The position numbers were made by a program, and so were the translations under genes. Shown here piece after piece: positions 40,196 to 55,843 of a stretch of 64,000 nucleotides of DNA. The notes below the pieces were generated by a model. The model saw nothing but the letters and a program-made list of their open reading frames with translations. It did not search any database and had not been told where the DNA came from. Within the stretch, counting starts at the first letter, position 1; the number at the start of each line of letters is the position of its first letter. This stretch comes from Terriglobia bacterium (GTDB lineage: Bacteria > Acidobacteriota > Terriglobia > 20CM-2-55-15): positions 416,001-480,000 of the forward strand of contig CBDAOY010000008.1 of assembly GCA_965198225.1 (NCBI GenBank). Direction: 5' to 3'.

Positions 40196-41130
40196 AGGTG
40201 TTCCTGGGTTTGCTCCTCGCGATTTCGACGCCCGCTGCGGCCGTTTCGGATTCGGCGGTTCTCATCCTGAACGGGGTCCCCGGCAGCCCGGATCACGCCG
40301 AGCGTTTCATGAAGTGGACTGAAGCCACACACACCGCCATGATCGAGACCTTTCGTTTCGCCGAGGATGATGTCGTGGTTCTGTCGAACCGGGAGGCGCG
40401 GGCGGACGACGTTCGGAGCGCGTTAGCGGGCCTTGCCGGGCGTGTCGGTACGGCCGATGTGCTTTTCGTGTTCTTCATCGGCCATGGAAGCTTCGATGGA
40501 ACCGAGTACAAGTTCAACATCCTGGGACCCGACCTCACGGCATCCGATTATGACGCGTTGTTCTCATCCGTCGGAGCGGGTCGCACCGTCATCGTGAATG
40601 CAACCAATTCCAGCGGTGGGGCGATCGAGAAGCTGGCCGCCGAGAACCGGGTGATCGTCACCGCGACCCGATCGGGTACCGAACGCAACGACGCCGTCTT
40701 CTACGACCACTTCCTGGAGGCTCTAGCCGATAGTGCCAGCGATGAGGACAAGAACGAAAGGTTGTCGATCTGGGAAGCCTTCCGGTATGCGACGCTGTCG
40801 GTCGAGCGTTACTATTCCGAGGAGAACCGGTTGGCTACCGAACATCCCCAGATTTCCGACAACGGTCGGGAGAAGACCGGCGCCGCCCCCGAGGAGATGC
40901 CCGTTCTGGCGCGGCTGATCCACTTCAATGCCGTCCCCGAAATCGAAACATCCGACCCCGTCCTGCGGAGCCTGCTCGAAGAGAGAAGAAAGTTGGAAGA
41001 GCAGATCGAGAGCCTGAGGCTGATCAAGGACGCGATGCCGGCCGCCGACTACGACCAGCAGATGGAGGCGTTGCTCATCGAGCTGGCGTTGAAGAACCGG
41101 GAGATCCGAGGCCGGGAGCCGGGGCAGTGA
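40192..41130 (+). CDS. Exported caspase/peptidase C13-fold protein lacking any cysteine
   Basis: Signal peptide; FVFFIGHG, IVNATNSSGG, VIVTAT, DEDKNERLSIWEAF, TEHPQ; C-terminal coiled coil. Confidence 0.65.
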   Translation: MKVFLGLLLAISTPAAAVSDSAVLILNGVPGSPDHAERFMKWTEATHTAMIETFRFAEDDVVVLSNREARADDVRSALAGLAGRVGTADVLFVFFIGHGSFDGTEYKFNILGPDLTASDYDALFSSVGAGRTVIVNATNSSGGAIEKLAAENRVIVTATRSGTERNDAVFYDHFLEALADSASDEDKNERLSIWEAFRYATLSVERYYSEENRLATEHPQISDNGREKTGAAPEEMPVLARLIHFNAVPEIETSDPVLRSLLEERRKLEEQIESLRLIKDAMPAADYDQQMEALLIELALKNREIRGREPGQ

Positions 41131-43688
41131 GTAGCTTGCGACCCGGGATCGGGCTGTCGGTTCGGGTGCTCGTGCCCCTCCTCCTGTCTGGTTGCGGCGC
41201 CCTGGCCGGTTGCGGCGCGCTGGGCCAGAGCGACGACGCCAGCCCTGTCGAAAAAGCTCGTCGTGGCGACTATGCCGAAGCCGCGGCGGGTCTGGAGACG
41301 ATGGTCGCCGGGGGGGACACCTCCAGGGCTGTCGTCGACGGCCTGTACTTTTCCTGGATACGGCAGGGAGAATACGGGCAGGCCGGCGCCCGCTTCGAAG
41401 ATCTTGCCTCCGACCATCCGAATGCGGGACCAATACGTCTCGCCGCCGCGCGTGCCAACCGTCTCACCGGGAAGCCGGAGCGCGCGCTGGCTCACCTGGA
41501 TGAGGTGCTGAACTTCGCCGATGTCGGCGTCGCGGCACGCCACGAGAAGGCCGTCGTTCTGGAGGAAGTAGGCCGGCGGGACGAGAGCCGGGAAATCTAC
41601 ACCGACCTCATCGAGAGGTTCCAGAACGGCATCATCGGTGGCGGCGACGACATGCTCTATGTCGCGCTGGCGATGTGGGCACTGGAGTATTTCCACGACG
41701 CGAATGATGTTTTCAAGCTGATCACTCAGGGCAATCCGTTGAACGCGGAAGCTTTCCTCGCGTGGGGGGACCTGCTCGCCGAGAAGTACAACGATCCGGA
41801 AGCCGTCGCAAGCTACGAAGATGCATTGCGGATCGACCCGAATATGCCGGAAGCGCATCTGGGCATCGCCCGCGTGCTTGCCGACGATAACCCCGAGCGG
41901 AGTCAGGCGTCGCTCCAGAAGGCACTCGAAGTCAACCCGACCTACATGGCGGCCCACCTGCTACTGGCCGAGCAGCGCATCGCCGCAGAGCAGTATGCCG
42001 AGGCGGATGAAGAAACCGAGAAGGTGCTGGAGATCAACCCCCGCTCATCGAAAGCGCTGGCCCTGCTGGCCACGACGCGGTTCCTGCGCGGCGATCAAGA
42101 GGGGTTCAACCGGTACGTTCAGCAGGTCCTGGGCAACAACCCGCTCTACGGCGAGATGTACTACATCCTGGCCGATCGAAGTGTTTCCTTGCGGCTCTAC
42201 GCCGAAGCAGTGGAGTTTGCCCGCGAGGCGATCCGGCTCGACCCCAACGACTGGGAGGCACGCAGCCTCCTGGGCATCAACCTGATGCGAATCGGGGAGG
42301 AGGAAGAAGGGAAGGCAGTCCTCGAAGAAACCTATGACGGCGACCCGTTCAACGTGTGGACAGTAAACACGTTGACCTTGCTGGACAGCTTTACGAATTT
42401 CGATCGCCTCGAGACCGAGCACTTCAAGATCAAGCTACACAAAGAAGAGCGTGAGGTTCTGGCCCCCTACGTCACCGACTTGCTCGAAAAGGCCTACAGG
42501 GAACTCAGTGCGAAGTACCAATTCGAACCCGACGGCCCGATTACCTTCGAAATGTTTCCCGACCACGCCGACTTCGCCGTACGGACCCTCGGTCTTCCAG
42601 GCCTGGGAGCGCTCGGAGTCTGTTTCGGCAAGGTCGTCGTGATGGATTCCCCGTCGGCCAGGCCGCCGGAGACGTTCAACTGGGGCAGCACGCTATGGCA
42701 CGAGTTCGCTCACGTGATCACGCTACAGATCACCGATCACAAGATCCCCCGGTGGTTTTCCGAGGGGATCTCGGTGTATGAAGAGCGTCGCGGCATGGAG
42801 GGCTGGGGCGACGATCTGCAGATGGACTACTTGATGGCGATCAAGGAGGATCAGCTGTTGCCGGTGGGCGAGTTAAACAACGGCTTCATCCGCCCGAAGA
42901 ACCCCGGCCAGATCTCGCTCTCCTCCTACCAGGCGTCTCTGATCTGCGACTACATCGAGGAGCAGCACGGTTTCGAGGCCATCCGGCGGATGCTCGCACT
43001 CTATAAGGCTGGCCGCAGCACGGTCGAAGTCTTCCAGGAAGCGCTCGGTGTGGGCTTGTCGGAGTTTGACACCGGTTTTTTCGCGTGGGTCGACGCAAGA
43101 GTCGAGGCGATCGATGTCGAGCGATTTCGTGAGCTGCTTCTGGAAGGCCAGCAAGCCGTCGATGCGGGCGACCTCGATCGGGCAATCGACGTCTTAAGCC
43201 AAGCCGTGGAACTCTATCCCGAGTACACCGACGAGCACAACGCCTACGAGATCCTGGCAGAAGCCCACATCCAAAAAGAGAATGAAGCGGCGGCCATCGA
43301 GGTTCTCCGGCAGTTCACGTCCTATTCCGAGTCCGCCTACCGAACGTACCTGAAGCTTGCAGGCCTCATGCGCGACGCCGGGAACTCCGCTGAAGCCAGA
43401 GAGGTTCTGGAACGCGCCCTGTTCATCCACCCGATGGATCTGGAAGGACACCGGGAACTGGGATCGCTGCTCCTGGCAGACGAGCAGTTCGTCGGGGCAG
43501 CCAAGGAATACGAAGCCCTTCTTGCACTCAATGTGCCGGACCTTGCCGACACCTATTTCAACCTGGCATCGGCCCAATACGGAGCCGGGAGCCTCGTCGA
43601 AGCCCGCCGGAGCATACTGAGATGTTTGGAGATCGCACCGTCGTTCGAAGCGGCGCAAGAGCTACTACTGAAGATTGTGAGGAACTGA
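41127..43688 (+). CDS. TPR-repeat protein with a central MA-clan zinc peptidase domain
   Basis: Many TPR-like helices; TLWHEFAHV..PRWFSEGIS (HExxH plus downstream E). Confidence 0.85.
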   Translation: MSSLRPGIGLSVRVLVPLLLSGCGALAGCGALGQSDDASPVEKARRGDYAEAAAGLETMVAGGDTSRAVVDGLYFSWIRQGEYGQAGARFEDLASDHPNAGPIRLAAARANRLTGKPERALAHLDEVLNFADVGVAARHEKAVVLEEVGRRDESREIYTDLIERFQNGIIGGGDDMLYVALAMWALEYFHDANDVFKLITQGNPLNAEAFLAWGDLLAEKYNDPEAVASYEDALRIDPNMPEAHLGIARVLADDNPERSQASLQKALEVNPTYMAAHLLLAEQRIAAEQYAEADEETEKVLEINPRSSKALALLATTRFLRGDQEGFNRYVQQVLGNNPLYGEMYYILADRSVSLRLYAEAVEFAREAIRLDPNDWEARSLLGINLMRIGEEEEGKAVLEETYDGDPFNVWTVNTLTLLDSFTNFDRLETEHFKIKLHKEEREVLAPYVTDLLEKAYRELSAKYQFEPDGPITFEMFPDHADFAVRTLGLPGLGALGVCFGKVVVMDSPSARPPETFNWGSTLWHEFAHVITLQITDHKIPRWFSEGISVYEERRGMEGWGDDLQMDYLMAIKEDQLLPVGELNNGFIRPKNPGQISLSSYQASLICDYIEEQHGFEAIRRMLALYKAGRSTVEVFQEALGVGLSEFDTGFFAWVDARVEAIDVERFRELLLEGQQAVDAGDLDRAIDVLSQAVELYPEYTDEHNAYEILAEAHIQKENEAAAIEVLRQFTSYSESAYRTYLKLAGLMRDAGNSAEAREVLERALFIHPMDLEGHRELGSLLLADEQFVGAAKEYEALLALNVPDLADTYFNLASAQYGAGSLVEARRSILRCLEIAPSFEAAQELLLKIVRN

Positions 43689-44717
<1,029 letters not shown>

Positions 44718-44726
44718 GCGAGCGGA

Positions 44727-45641
44727 ATGAGCACAGCGATCGCACCAGCGCCGACGAATCGGTTCATCGATCCGACGATCCTGTCGAAGATCGAGAACCT
44801 CGAGTTGTTGGCGCGAACGGTCGTCGAAGGGTTCGTCCAGGGTCTGCACAAGTCCCCTTACCTCGGCTTCAGCGTCGACTTTGCGGAATACAGGACATAC
44901 CAGCCCGGAGACGAGATTCGCCGTATCGACTGGAACGTCTTTGCCAGGATGGACAAGCTGTATGTCAAGCTGTTCGAGGGCGACACGAATACGCATGTGC
45001 ACCTCCTGCTGGACGTCAGCGGTTCGATGGGCTATGGATCCGGAGACGTTCAGAAGGTCGACTACGCCCGTTTCCTGGCCGCTTCGCTCGCCTACTTTGC
45101 CTATGGTCAAAGAGACGGCGTCGGCCTGTTGAGCTTCGACACCGACATCGTCAACCACATTCCGGCCGGGCGGCGGAGCGGCCAGCTCTTCAGCATCCTG
45201 GCCGAACTCGATCGTGCGAAGCCCAGCAAGGAAACCGAGTTCCAGAAACCGCTGGACTATATGGCGGAGTTCCTCAAAAGGCGCGGCATCATCGTCCTGA
45301 TCTCGGACCTCTACGACGATGTTCCAAATATCCTGGCCGGCATCAAGCATCTCCGCTCGAAAGGAAACGACGTCATCGTTTTTCACGTACTCGATGACTT
45401 CGAACTCAATTTTCCGTTCGAGGAGATGACGGAATTCGAGGACCTGGAAACGACGAAGAAACTCAACGTGATCCCTCAGTACCTCAAGCGGGAGTACCTG
45501 CAGTTGATCCACGGGCACATCGAGGAGCTCGATCGAGAGCTCTCGAAGGTCGGTGTCGACTACACGTTGATGAACAGCAGCAAACCCCTCGACGTCGGGC
45601 TGTTCGCCTACCTGGCGAAGAGGGCAAAGGCGAAAACATGA
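44727..45641 (+). CDS. DUF58 (vWA-like) protein
   Basis: GLHKSPYLGFSVDFAEYRTYQPGD..IDW, LLDVSGSM, ISDL. Confidence 0.93.
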   Translation: MSTAIAPAPTNRFIDPTILSKIENLELLARTVVEGFVQGLHKSPYLGFSVDFAEYRTYQPGDEIRRIDWNVFARMDKLYVKLFEGDTNTHVHLLLDVSGSMGYGSGDVQKVDYARFLAASLAYFAYGQRDGVGLLSFDTDIVNHIPAGRRSGQLFSILAELDRAKPSKETEFQKPLDYMAEFLKRRGIIVLISDLYDDVPNILAGIKHLRSKGNDVIVFHVLDDFELNFPFEEMTEFEDLETTKKLNVIPQYLKREYLQLIHGHIEELDRELSKVGVDYTLMNSSKPLDVGLFAYLAKRAKAKT

Positions 45642-45644
45642 GGA

Positions 45645-45733
45645 AGTAGTCAGTAGCCGGTGGTCAGTTGAGGAACTCGGACCGACTACCGCTACTAATT
45701 GACTGACTACTGACTACCGACTACCGATTACTA
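45645..45733. repeat. Heptamer inverted repeat tract (GTAGTCA / TGACTAC)
   Basis: AGTAGTCAGTAGCCGGTGGTCAG ... TGACTACTGACTACCGACTACCGATTAC. Confidence 0.75.
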
Positions 45734-45736
45734 ACA

Positions 45737-47806
45737 ATGTCATTTCTCAACCCATTCTTCTTCATCGGCTCGCTCGTCCTGGCCGTGCCTCTCCTCATCC
45801 ATCTGGTGCGCAAGGACAAGTCCGAGATCGTTCGGTTCAGCTCGCTGATGTTCCTGCTTCGCATCCCCCGAAAAACGATCCGCCAGCACCGGCTTCGCAA
45901 TCTCCTGCTCCTGGTGCTCCGGTTGCTGCTGATCGCCCTGCTGGTAGCGGCTTTCGCCCGGCCCTACCTGGTCGATTCGGCCGCTGCAGTCGTACCGGAC
46001 GGGGGAGCCAGGGGAAGTGTGATCCTGCTCGATACCTCCTACAGCATGACCTACGCCACGAACTTCGAGCGGATGAAAGCCGAGGCTCGCGACCGAGTCG
46101 ACGCGATGAATCCGGGAGACCGAATCGCGCTGGTCTCGTTTGACGAAAAGGCAACGCTCCTTGCAATGCCCTCGGGCGACCCAGAAGAGCTGAAAGCGTT
46201 GGTCGGAGCGCTCGAGCCGTCGTCTGAGAAGACCAGCTACTACGAGGCGTTCACGCTAGCCGACCGCGTGCTCACGCAATTGCAGGACTACAACAGGGAA
46301 CTCGTAGTCATCTCTGATTTTCAGAGGAATGGCTGGAACCGGTCCTCGCGGGAAAGCGTCATCGACGTCGATGTGGCCACGGAGTTCGTGGACCTGGGCG
46401 TCGACAACCCCGAAAACGTCAGCATCGAGAGCGTCGGCGTTGACGCCACGGTGTTCACCCGGACTTACACCGGCCAGGTGATGGCTCGCATCAACAACCA
46501 CCAGCTCGCCGATGCTGCCACCGTACCCGTCTCGATCAGCATCAACGATCGCGAGGTTGACCGGAAGAGGGTGACGATTCCCGCTGAATCGACCACTCTG
46601 GTGGAATTCACGGGATTTGACCTCCCTCTCGGCTTCTCTCGGGGCCGTGTGCGGATCGAGGCAGATGACCCGCTGGTTATCGACAACGAGTTTCTATTCG
46701 CAATCCAGCGTCGCGAGAAGCTGCGGTTGCTGATCGTCGACGCAGGGCGTTCCCGTCAGAGTTTTTTCCTGGAACAGGCGTTGACTTCGGCTCCGGACCT
46801 CCCGTTCGCGGTGACGACGAAACGCGTGAACAACGTGAATGCTGGAGAGTTGGCGGATTATGAGGTCGTCATTCTCAATGACGTCCCGCGCCTGTCCGAC
46901 GCCCTCAAGGCGCGTCTTGACGAACTCCGCACCGGGGGCCAGGGCCAGCTGGTATTTGTGGCGGACAATGCAGAACTGGACTGGTGGAACGGTGTTGAAG
47001 ATCTACCCGTCACCTTGATCGAAAAAGTCTTCGTCCAGAGTGATCGGGGCCAGCCTTCCTATTCCCTGACGAGCTACGATCGCAACCACGAGATCTTCGT
47101 CCCGCTGGAACGGAGCACCCGACTGACGTTGAATACCGCTCAGTTCTTCGCCTACTCCGAGATGGAGGCGAAAGAAGACGCGGTGGTAATCGCGAAGTTC
47201 GAGAACGGTTCGGTGGCCATCGCGGAGTCGTCGGGTGAAGGCCAGGGATTGATCGTGTTTGCTTCGTCGGTAGACAACGGCTGGAACGATCTGCCGCTGA
47301 AGCCGTCGTTTCTCCCCCTGGCCCACGAAATGATTCGGTATCTTGCCCGGTACCGCACGAGCGATGCGTGGTACCAGCTGGGCCAGGCGGTTCCCGTGGT
47401 GACCCTGCTCGAGGATAGCCTGGCCTTGATCACGCCTGAGGGGGAGAGGCAGAACCTGGGAGAGGTTTCGGCGTCCGGTCAGCGGTTCTTCACACCCGAG
47501 CTCACCGGGTTCTACGAGATCCGCGTCGGGCCGGAAACGACTCACGTTGCGGTGAACGCCCCGTCGAGCGAGAGCCAGCTTGCCGGGATCCCGCCGGATG
47601 ATCTGCTTGTGAGTGTGCAGCGCCTGGAAGGCGAAGTCCGGCGGGGTGCTTTGCTGGGCGAAGCCGAAGAAGACAACTCTGCCCGCCGGCAGAGCTGGTG
47701 GTGGTATCTTTTCTTATTTGCACTTTTGGTGGCGATAGGTGAGATTTATCTAGGGAACAGTGTGACCGCAAGCCGAGATGAGCGGTCTACTCCCGTAACC
47801 GGCTGA
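45737..47806 (+). CDS. BatA-domain plus vWA membrane protein
   Basis: MSFLNP..PLLIHL..FSSLMFL..LLLVLRLL..AFARP; MIDAS DTSYS; ISDFQ; C-terminal TM. Confidence 0.88.
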   Translation: MSFLNPFFFIGSLVLAVPLLIHLVRKDKSEIVRFSSLMFLLRIPRKTIRQHRLRNLLLLVLRLLLIALLVAAFARPYLVDSAAAVVPDGGARGSVILLDTSYSMTYATNFERMKAEARDRVDAMNPGDRIALVSFDEKATLLAMPSGDPEELKALVGALEPSSEKTSYYEAFTLADRVLTQLQDYNRELVVISDFQRNGWNRSSRESVIDVDVATEFVDLGVDNPENVSIESVGVDATVFTRTYTGQVMARINNHQLADAATVPVSISINDREVDRKRVTIPAESTTLVEFTGFDLPLGFSRGRVRIEADDPLVIDNEFLFAIQRREKLRLLIVDAGRSRQSFFLEQALTSAPDLPFAVTTKRVNNVNAGELADYEVVILNDVPRLSDALKARLDELRTGGQGQLVFVADNAELDWWNGVEDLPVTLIEKVFVQSDRGQPSYSLTSYDRNHEIFVPLERSTRLTLNTAQFFAYSEMEAKEDAVVIAKFENGSVAIAESSGEGQGLIVFASSVDNGWNDLPLKPSFLPLAHEMIRYLARYRTSDAWYQLGQAVPVVTLLEDSLALITPEGERQNLGEVSASGQRFFTPELTGFYEIRVGPETTHVAVNAPSSESQLAGIPPDDLLVSVQRLEGEVRRGALLGEAEEDNSARRQSWWWYLFLFALLVAIGEIYLGNSVTASRDERSTPVTG

Positions 47807-47888
47807 TTCTTTTTTACGTATTAGTCTTTGGGACGGGATTGATTCCATGGGTGTGGCGGCGAATGCTCATCCGAATCGAGGAGCTGAG

Positions 47889-51323
<3,435 letters not shown>

Positions 51324-51340
51324 CGACGGGCGCGTCAGGG

Positions 51341-51405
51341 TGTAGGTGCGCTCTATGAGCGCACGCTCTAGACGGAAGAGTGTGCGGTCATAGACCGCAC
51401 CTACA
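51341..51405. repeat. REP doublet, copy 3 (between convergent genes)
   Basis: TGTAGGTGCGCTCTATGAGCGCAC...GTGCGGTCATAGACCGCACCTACA. Confidence 0.9.
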
Positions 51406-51417
51406 CTTGTTCGAGGT

Positions 51418-52692
51418 CTACCCCCTCCCGGGATACAGCGGAAACCGCCCGCACAGCTCGGTCACCTCACCCCTAACCCGACTGATCGTTCCGTCGTCGT
51501 CGATGTTTTCCAGCACGTCGGCAATCCAGCCCCCGATTGCTTCCATCTCAGGATCGTTCATGCCACGTGTCGTCAGGGCCGGCGTCCCGATGCGAATCCC
51601 GCTGGGCGTCATCGGGGGGTTGGTGTCAAACGGGATCGTGTTCTTGTTGACCGTGATCCCGGCGAGTTCGAGCGCCTCTTCCGCCTGCTTGCCATTGATT
51701 CCCTTGGAGAACACATCGACCGACAGTAAATGCGTGTCGGTACCGCCCGACACGACGCGGAATCCGCGGGACACAATCGCCTCGGCCAATACGCTGGCGT
51801 TTCGGATGACCTGTTTGATGTAGCTCCGGAAGTCTTCTGTCGCGGCCTCTTTGAAACAAGTGGCCTTCGCCGCGATGACGTGCACGAGCGGACCTCCCTG
51901 CATTTCGGGGAAGACCGAACGGTTGAGATCCTTGCGAAACTCCTCCCGGCACATGATGAATCCACTTCGGGGTCCCCGCAGCGTCTTGTGAGTCGTGCTG
52001 GTAACGAAATCAAAATGGGGAACCGGATTCGGATGCTCTCGGGCCGCAATCAGGCCCGCTATGTGGGCGATGTCGGCCATGAGCAGAGAACCCGTGTCCC
52101 GCGTGACTGTCGCGATTCGTTCGAAATCGATGGTCCGGGCGTACGCGCTGGCACCGACGACGATGAGTCTGGGCTTGTGCTCGTGGGCGAGCTGCTCGAG
52201 CTGGTCGTAGTCGAGAAGTTCGGTTTCCTGGTCGACCCCGTACGGGACGATCTTGTAGTACTTGCCGGAGAAGTTTAGCGGGTGTCCGTGCGTGAGGTGG
52301 CCGCCGTGTGACAGGTTCATGCCGAGGACGGTGTCCCCCGGCTCGAGGACGGAGAGGTAGACGGCCATATTTGCCTGGCTGCCCGAGTGCGGCTGGACGT
52401 TGACGTGCTCGGCGCCGAAGAGGGTCTTGGCCCTTTCGATCGCCAGCCGCTCCACGACGTCGACAAATTCGCAACCGCCGTAGTACCTCCGACCGGGGTA
52501 GCCTTCCGCGTATTTGTTCGTAAAGACAGACCCCGTTGCCTCCAGGATCGCCTCGGAAGTGAAGTTCTCGGATGCGATGAGTTCCAGGCCGTTGGCCTGC
52601 CGTCTCTCTTCATTCTTTATGGCTTCATAAATATCTGAATCCAAATCTGTTAATGGCAGCTGGAAGCGCCTGTCAAGAGCCTCGTTCTTCAT
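51418..52692 (-). CDS. glyA: Serine hydroxymethyltransferase
   Basis: [36 protein letters not shown]. Confidence 0.98.
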   Translation of the reverse strand: MKNEALDRRFQLPLTDLDSDIYEAIKNEERRQANGLELIASENFTSEAILEATGSVFTNKYAEGYPGRRYYGGCEFVDVVERLAIERAKTLFGAEHVNVQPHSGSQANMAVYLSVLEPGDTVLGMNLSHGGHLTHGHPLNFSGKYYKIVPYGVDQETELLDYDQLEQLAHEHKPRLIVVGASAYARTIDFERIATVTRDTGSLLMADIAHIAGLIAAREHPNPVPHFDFVTSTTHKTLRGPRSGFIMCREEFRKDLNRSVFPEMQGGPLVHVIAAKATCFKEAATEDFRSYIKQVIRNASVLAEAIVSRGFRVVSGGTDTHLLSVDVFSKGINGKQAEEALELAGITVNKNTIPFDTNPPMTPSGIRIGTPALTTRGMNDPEMEAIGGWIADVLENIDDDGTISRVRGEVTELCGRFPLYPGRG

Positions 52693-52709
52693 CTCATCCT
52701 CCGCGGTTC

Positions 52710-52732
52710 ACTCTACCACGCTGTGCTATAAT
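52710..52732. promoter_or_regulatory. Back-to-back extended -10 promoters (glyA and the moeA operon)
   Basis: TGCTATAAT on + at 52724; TGGTAGAGT on - at 52718-52710. Confidence 0.55.
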
Positions 52733-52741
52733 TTCCCCATC

Positions 52742-53095
52742 ATGTTGGCACTGCTTCCACGCGGGACCGCCTATGTTCTGCTGTTTGTCGTGCTGGTCTA
52801 CTTCGGCTTCCATTACGCCCCGATCTACCTCCATGCCTACCAGTTCAACGACTTCGTTCGTTCTGAGGTCAAGTTTGCCGGTGGCAGCAGACGATCGGTC
52901 TCGACGATCACCGAGAACATCCTCGTCAAAGCCGCGCAGCTCGATCTTCCGGTCGAAAAAGACAACATCAAGGTGACGCGCGAGGGACCATTTTTTACCG
53001 TGGACCTGTCCTACAAGGTCCCGGTTGATTTGAGGATCTACCAGCACGAACTCGAATTCGAGTCGAGCCTGTCCGGCCAGACCTTCGCGCAATGA
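52742..53095 (+). CDS. Small single-TM hypothetical protein (DUF4845-like)
   Basis: One TM, then APIYL..F.DFV; 4-nt overlap with moeA. Confidence 0.6.
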   Translation: MLALLPRGTAYVLLFVVLVYFGFHYAPIYLHAYQFNDFVRSEVKFAGGSRRSVSTITENILVKAAQLDLPVEKDNIKVTREGPFFTVDLSYKVPVDLRIYQHELEFESSLSGQTFAQ

Positions 53096-54315
53096 TCTCG
53101 ATCGAGCGCGGGCTGGAAATAGTCGCCTCTGTCGCTCAGACGTCGATCGGACCCGATTTCATGCCTCCCGAAGCGGTTCCTCTTGCCGATGCGATCGGTC
53201 GCATCCTGCGTGAGGATGTACGGCTCGACGCGGATTCCCCTCCCTTTGACCGTTCGATCCGGGACGGATTCGCTCTCCGCGCAGAAGACATCGTCGACGT
53301 TCCCCAGGAACTGAGGGTGATCGGCGAGTCGCGTGCCGGCGCTTCATTCGAAGGCGAGGTCGGGCTGGGCGAGTGCTGCGAGATCATGACCGGAGCGGCC
53401 GTGCCCAGAGGTGCTGATGCTGTCGTCATGGTGGAGTACACCGAGGCGGGCAGCGGTGAAGGCCGGGTACAGATCCAGCGCGAAGCTCGACCCGGTCAAA
53501 GCATTCAACGAATGGGGACGGAGGCTTCCGCCGGTGACCGGATTCTTGGGGCCGGGCGAGCGATCCGGACACCGGATCTGGGCGTGCTCGCAAGCGTCGG
53601 TCGGGCCGACGTGCAGGTTTCGCGGAGACCACGGGTCGCCATTCTTTCGACCGGTGACGAACTGGTCGAGGTGGGGGAGACTCCGAGGGCCGATCAGATC
53701 CGCAACGGCAACAGCTATACCCTCTACGCGCAGTGCCTCGAAGCCGGCGCCGAACCCGACATGCTCGGTATTGCCAGGGACGATCTGGGCGACCTCAGCG
53801 AGAAAGTGTCCAGAGGGCTCGAACGAGACATACTGATGACCTCCGGCGGTGTTTCCATGGGTAAGTACGACTTCGTGGAGGGCGTCTTCCAGGATCATGG
53901 TGTCGAACTCCATTTCGACAAAGTGGCGATGAAACCCGGCAAGCCCACCGTTTTCGGATCCCGCGGCAGGACCTTCGTCTTCGGGCTGCCCGGAAATCCC
54001 GTCTCGACGATGGTTTCGTTCCAGCTCTTCGTGCGTCCCTTGATCCATTCTCTGCTCCAGGTCGTCGACGACCCGACGGCGCCGCTCGAGGCCGCCCTGG
54101 CGGAGAGGGCACGATGTGACCCCGAGCGGGAGGCGTGTGTGCCCGCAACTGTACGCTTCGAAGAAGGCGCATACAGGCTGTCTCCTGTGGCCTGGAAGGG
54201 TTCGTCCGACCTTGTTGGCTTGTCCCGCGCCAACGCTTACGTCATGATTCCAAGGCGGGAAGGATTTCTGGAAGTGGGCGCTGCCGTCCGGTTCATACCG
54301 ATACGGGGACTTTGA
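53092..54315 (+). CDS. moeA: Molybdopterin molybdenumtransferase
   Basis: PPFDRSIRDGFA, IMTGA, STGDEL, SGGVSMG, KPGKP, GLPGNPVS. Confidence 0.95.
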   Translation: MISIERGLEIVASVAQTSIGPDFMPPEAVPLADAIGRILREDVRLDADSPPFDRSIRDGFALRAEDIVDVPQELRVIGESRAGASFEGEVGLGECCEIMTGAAVPRGADAVVMVEYTEAGSGEGRVQIQREARPGQSIQRMGTEASAGDRILGAGRAIRTPDLGVLASVGRADVQVSRRPRVAILSTGDELVEVGETPRADQIRNGNSYTLYAQCLEAGAEPDMLGIARDDLGDLSEKVSRGLERDILMTSGGVSMGKYDFVEGVFQDHGVELHFDKVAMKPGKPTVFGSRGRTFVFGLPGNPVSTMVSFQLFVRPLIHSLLQVVDDPTAPLEAALAERARCDPEREACVPATVRFEEGAYRLSPVAWKGSSDLVGLSRANAYVMIPRREGFLEVGAAVRFIPIRGL

Positions 54316-54318
54316 GCC

Positions 54319-54807
54319 TTGTCTGAAGATCTTACTCATATTGACGAACAGGGTCGCGCCCGGATGGTCGATGTCGGCGGCAAGGAGCGGACCGAGAGGA
54401 TGGCACGGGCCGAAGCTCTCGTCCAGATGAGCGACGAGTTGGTGGGGCGGCTCCAGGAGAAGACCCTGCCGAAGGGAGATCCGTTCGAGGTTGCCCGGAT
54501 CGCTGGCATCCAGGCTGCCAAGAGAACCTCGGACCTGATTCCGTTATGCCACCAGCTCCCGCTCAACCACATAGAGGTTTCCATCGAAATCGTCGAAGGG
54601 GGAACTCGCGTCCAGACCATAGCGCGCACTTTCGCCGAGACCGGGGTCGAGATGGAGGCACTCTCTGCGGCAACGGTCGCGGCGCTGACGCTTTACGACA
54701 TGTGCAAGTCGGTCAGCAAGGGGGTTGTCATCGGGCCGATCCGGCTTCTCGAGAAGAGGGGCGGAAAGAGCGGCGACTGGAAACGCGAGAATGACTCGGA
54801 TGAATGA
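54319..54807 (+). CDS. moaC: Cyclic pyranopterin monophosphate synthase
   Basis: [38 protein letters not shown]. Confidence 0.96.
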   Translation: MSEDLTHIDEQGRARMVDVGGKERTERMARAEALVQMSDELVGRLQEKTLPKGDPFEVARIAGIQAAKRTSDLIPLCHQLPLNHIEVSIEIVEGGTRVQTIARTFAETGVEMEALSAATVAALTLYDMCKSVSKGVVIGPIRLLEKRGGKSGDWKRENDSDE

Positions 54808-55336
54808 TCAAGTCGGAAGCCATGAAGGGCCGGAGGCCGGGAAGAGCCTGGGCTCCGCCCTGGTTCTGACCATCAGCGATTCGGCCTCCACAGGAGCGAG
54901 GGAAGACCTGTCGGGACCCGAAGCCCGGCGCATCCTCGAAGAAACCGGCTTCGACATCCTGGGTGTCGAAGTCCTTCCCGACGAGAGAACCCAGATCCAG
55001 GATCGGTTGCGGCAGGCCTGTGACCGTGACCATACCCGCCTGGTCGTGACGACCGGGGGTACGGGGCTTTCGCCGCGCGACGTAACACCTGACGCGACCG
55101 AACGAATCATGGATCGGGAAGTGCCGGGTATGGCCGAAATGATGCGTAGCGAAGGCCTCAAGTCAACACCTCGCGCCGCACTCTCGAGAGGCGTGGTCGG
55201 AATTCGCGCCTCGACGTTGATCGTGAACTTGCCGGGGAGCGTCAAGGGGGTACGTGAATCATTGAAGGCCCTGGTCCCGATCCTCCCCCACGCGATCGAA
55301 GTCGTAGCGGCGTCATCGCTGGGTTGCGGCGAATGA
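54800..55336 (+). CDS. MogA/MoaB-family molybdopterin adenylyltransferase
   Basis: [33 protein letters not shown]. Confidence 0.93.
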   Translation: MNDQVGSHEGPEAGKSLGSALVLTISDSASTGAREDLSGPEARRILEETGFDILGVEVLPDERTQIQDRLRQACDRDHTRLVVTTGGTGLSPRDVTPDATERIMDREVPGMAEMMRSEGLKSTPRAALSRGVVGIRASTLIVNLPGSVKGVRESLKALVPILPHAIEVVAASSLGCGE

Positions 55337-55452
55337 TGCGGAGATTGGGGCTCCGCCCCCTGTTTTTCGAAGCCTCGCTCCCGATTCTGGTGATTTGAAG
55401 CTATACTGAGCAGTTCGAGAGTTCGTGAGATCGAATCGCGTCGAGACGGCGA

Positions 55453-55821
55453 ATGTCTGAAGAAGTGCTTACATCATACCTGCCGATCTTCCTGTTCTTT
55501 GGATTGGCATTCCTGTTCCCGGTCGTCACGCTTCTAGTCGCGAGGGTCGTTCGGCCGCAGACGGGAGGTGCGGGCAAGCTGACCGCCTACGAGTGCGGCG
55601 TCGACCCCGAGGGCGATGCACGTGACCGGTACGCGATCCGGTATTACCTGGTCGCGATCCTCTTCGTGATATTCGACGTCGAGACGATCTTTCTGTTCCC
55701 GTGGGCCATCATCTATGACGAGTTGGCTTTGTTCGGACTGATTGAGATGTGCGTGTTTCTGGGGATTCTGATTGTCGGATACGTGTGGATCATCAAGAAA
55801 GGTGCGATCGAATGGGCGTGA
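55453..55821 (+). CDS. nuoA: NADH-quinone oxidoreductase subunit A
   Basis: [27 protein letters not shown]. Confidence 0.96.
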   Translation: MSEEVLTSYLPIFLFFGLAFLFPVVTLLVARVVRPQTGGAGKLTAYECGVDPEGDARDRYAIRYYLVAILFVIFDVETIFLFPWAIIYDELALFGLIEMCVFLGILIVGYVWIIKKGAIEWA

Positions 55822-55843
55822 TCTCACCTGCCTGGAGCGTTGG

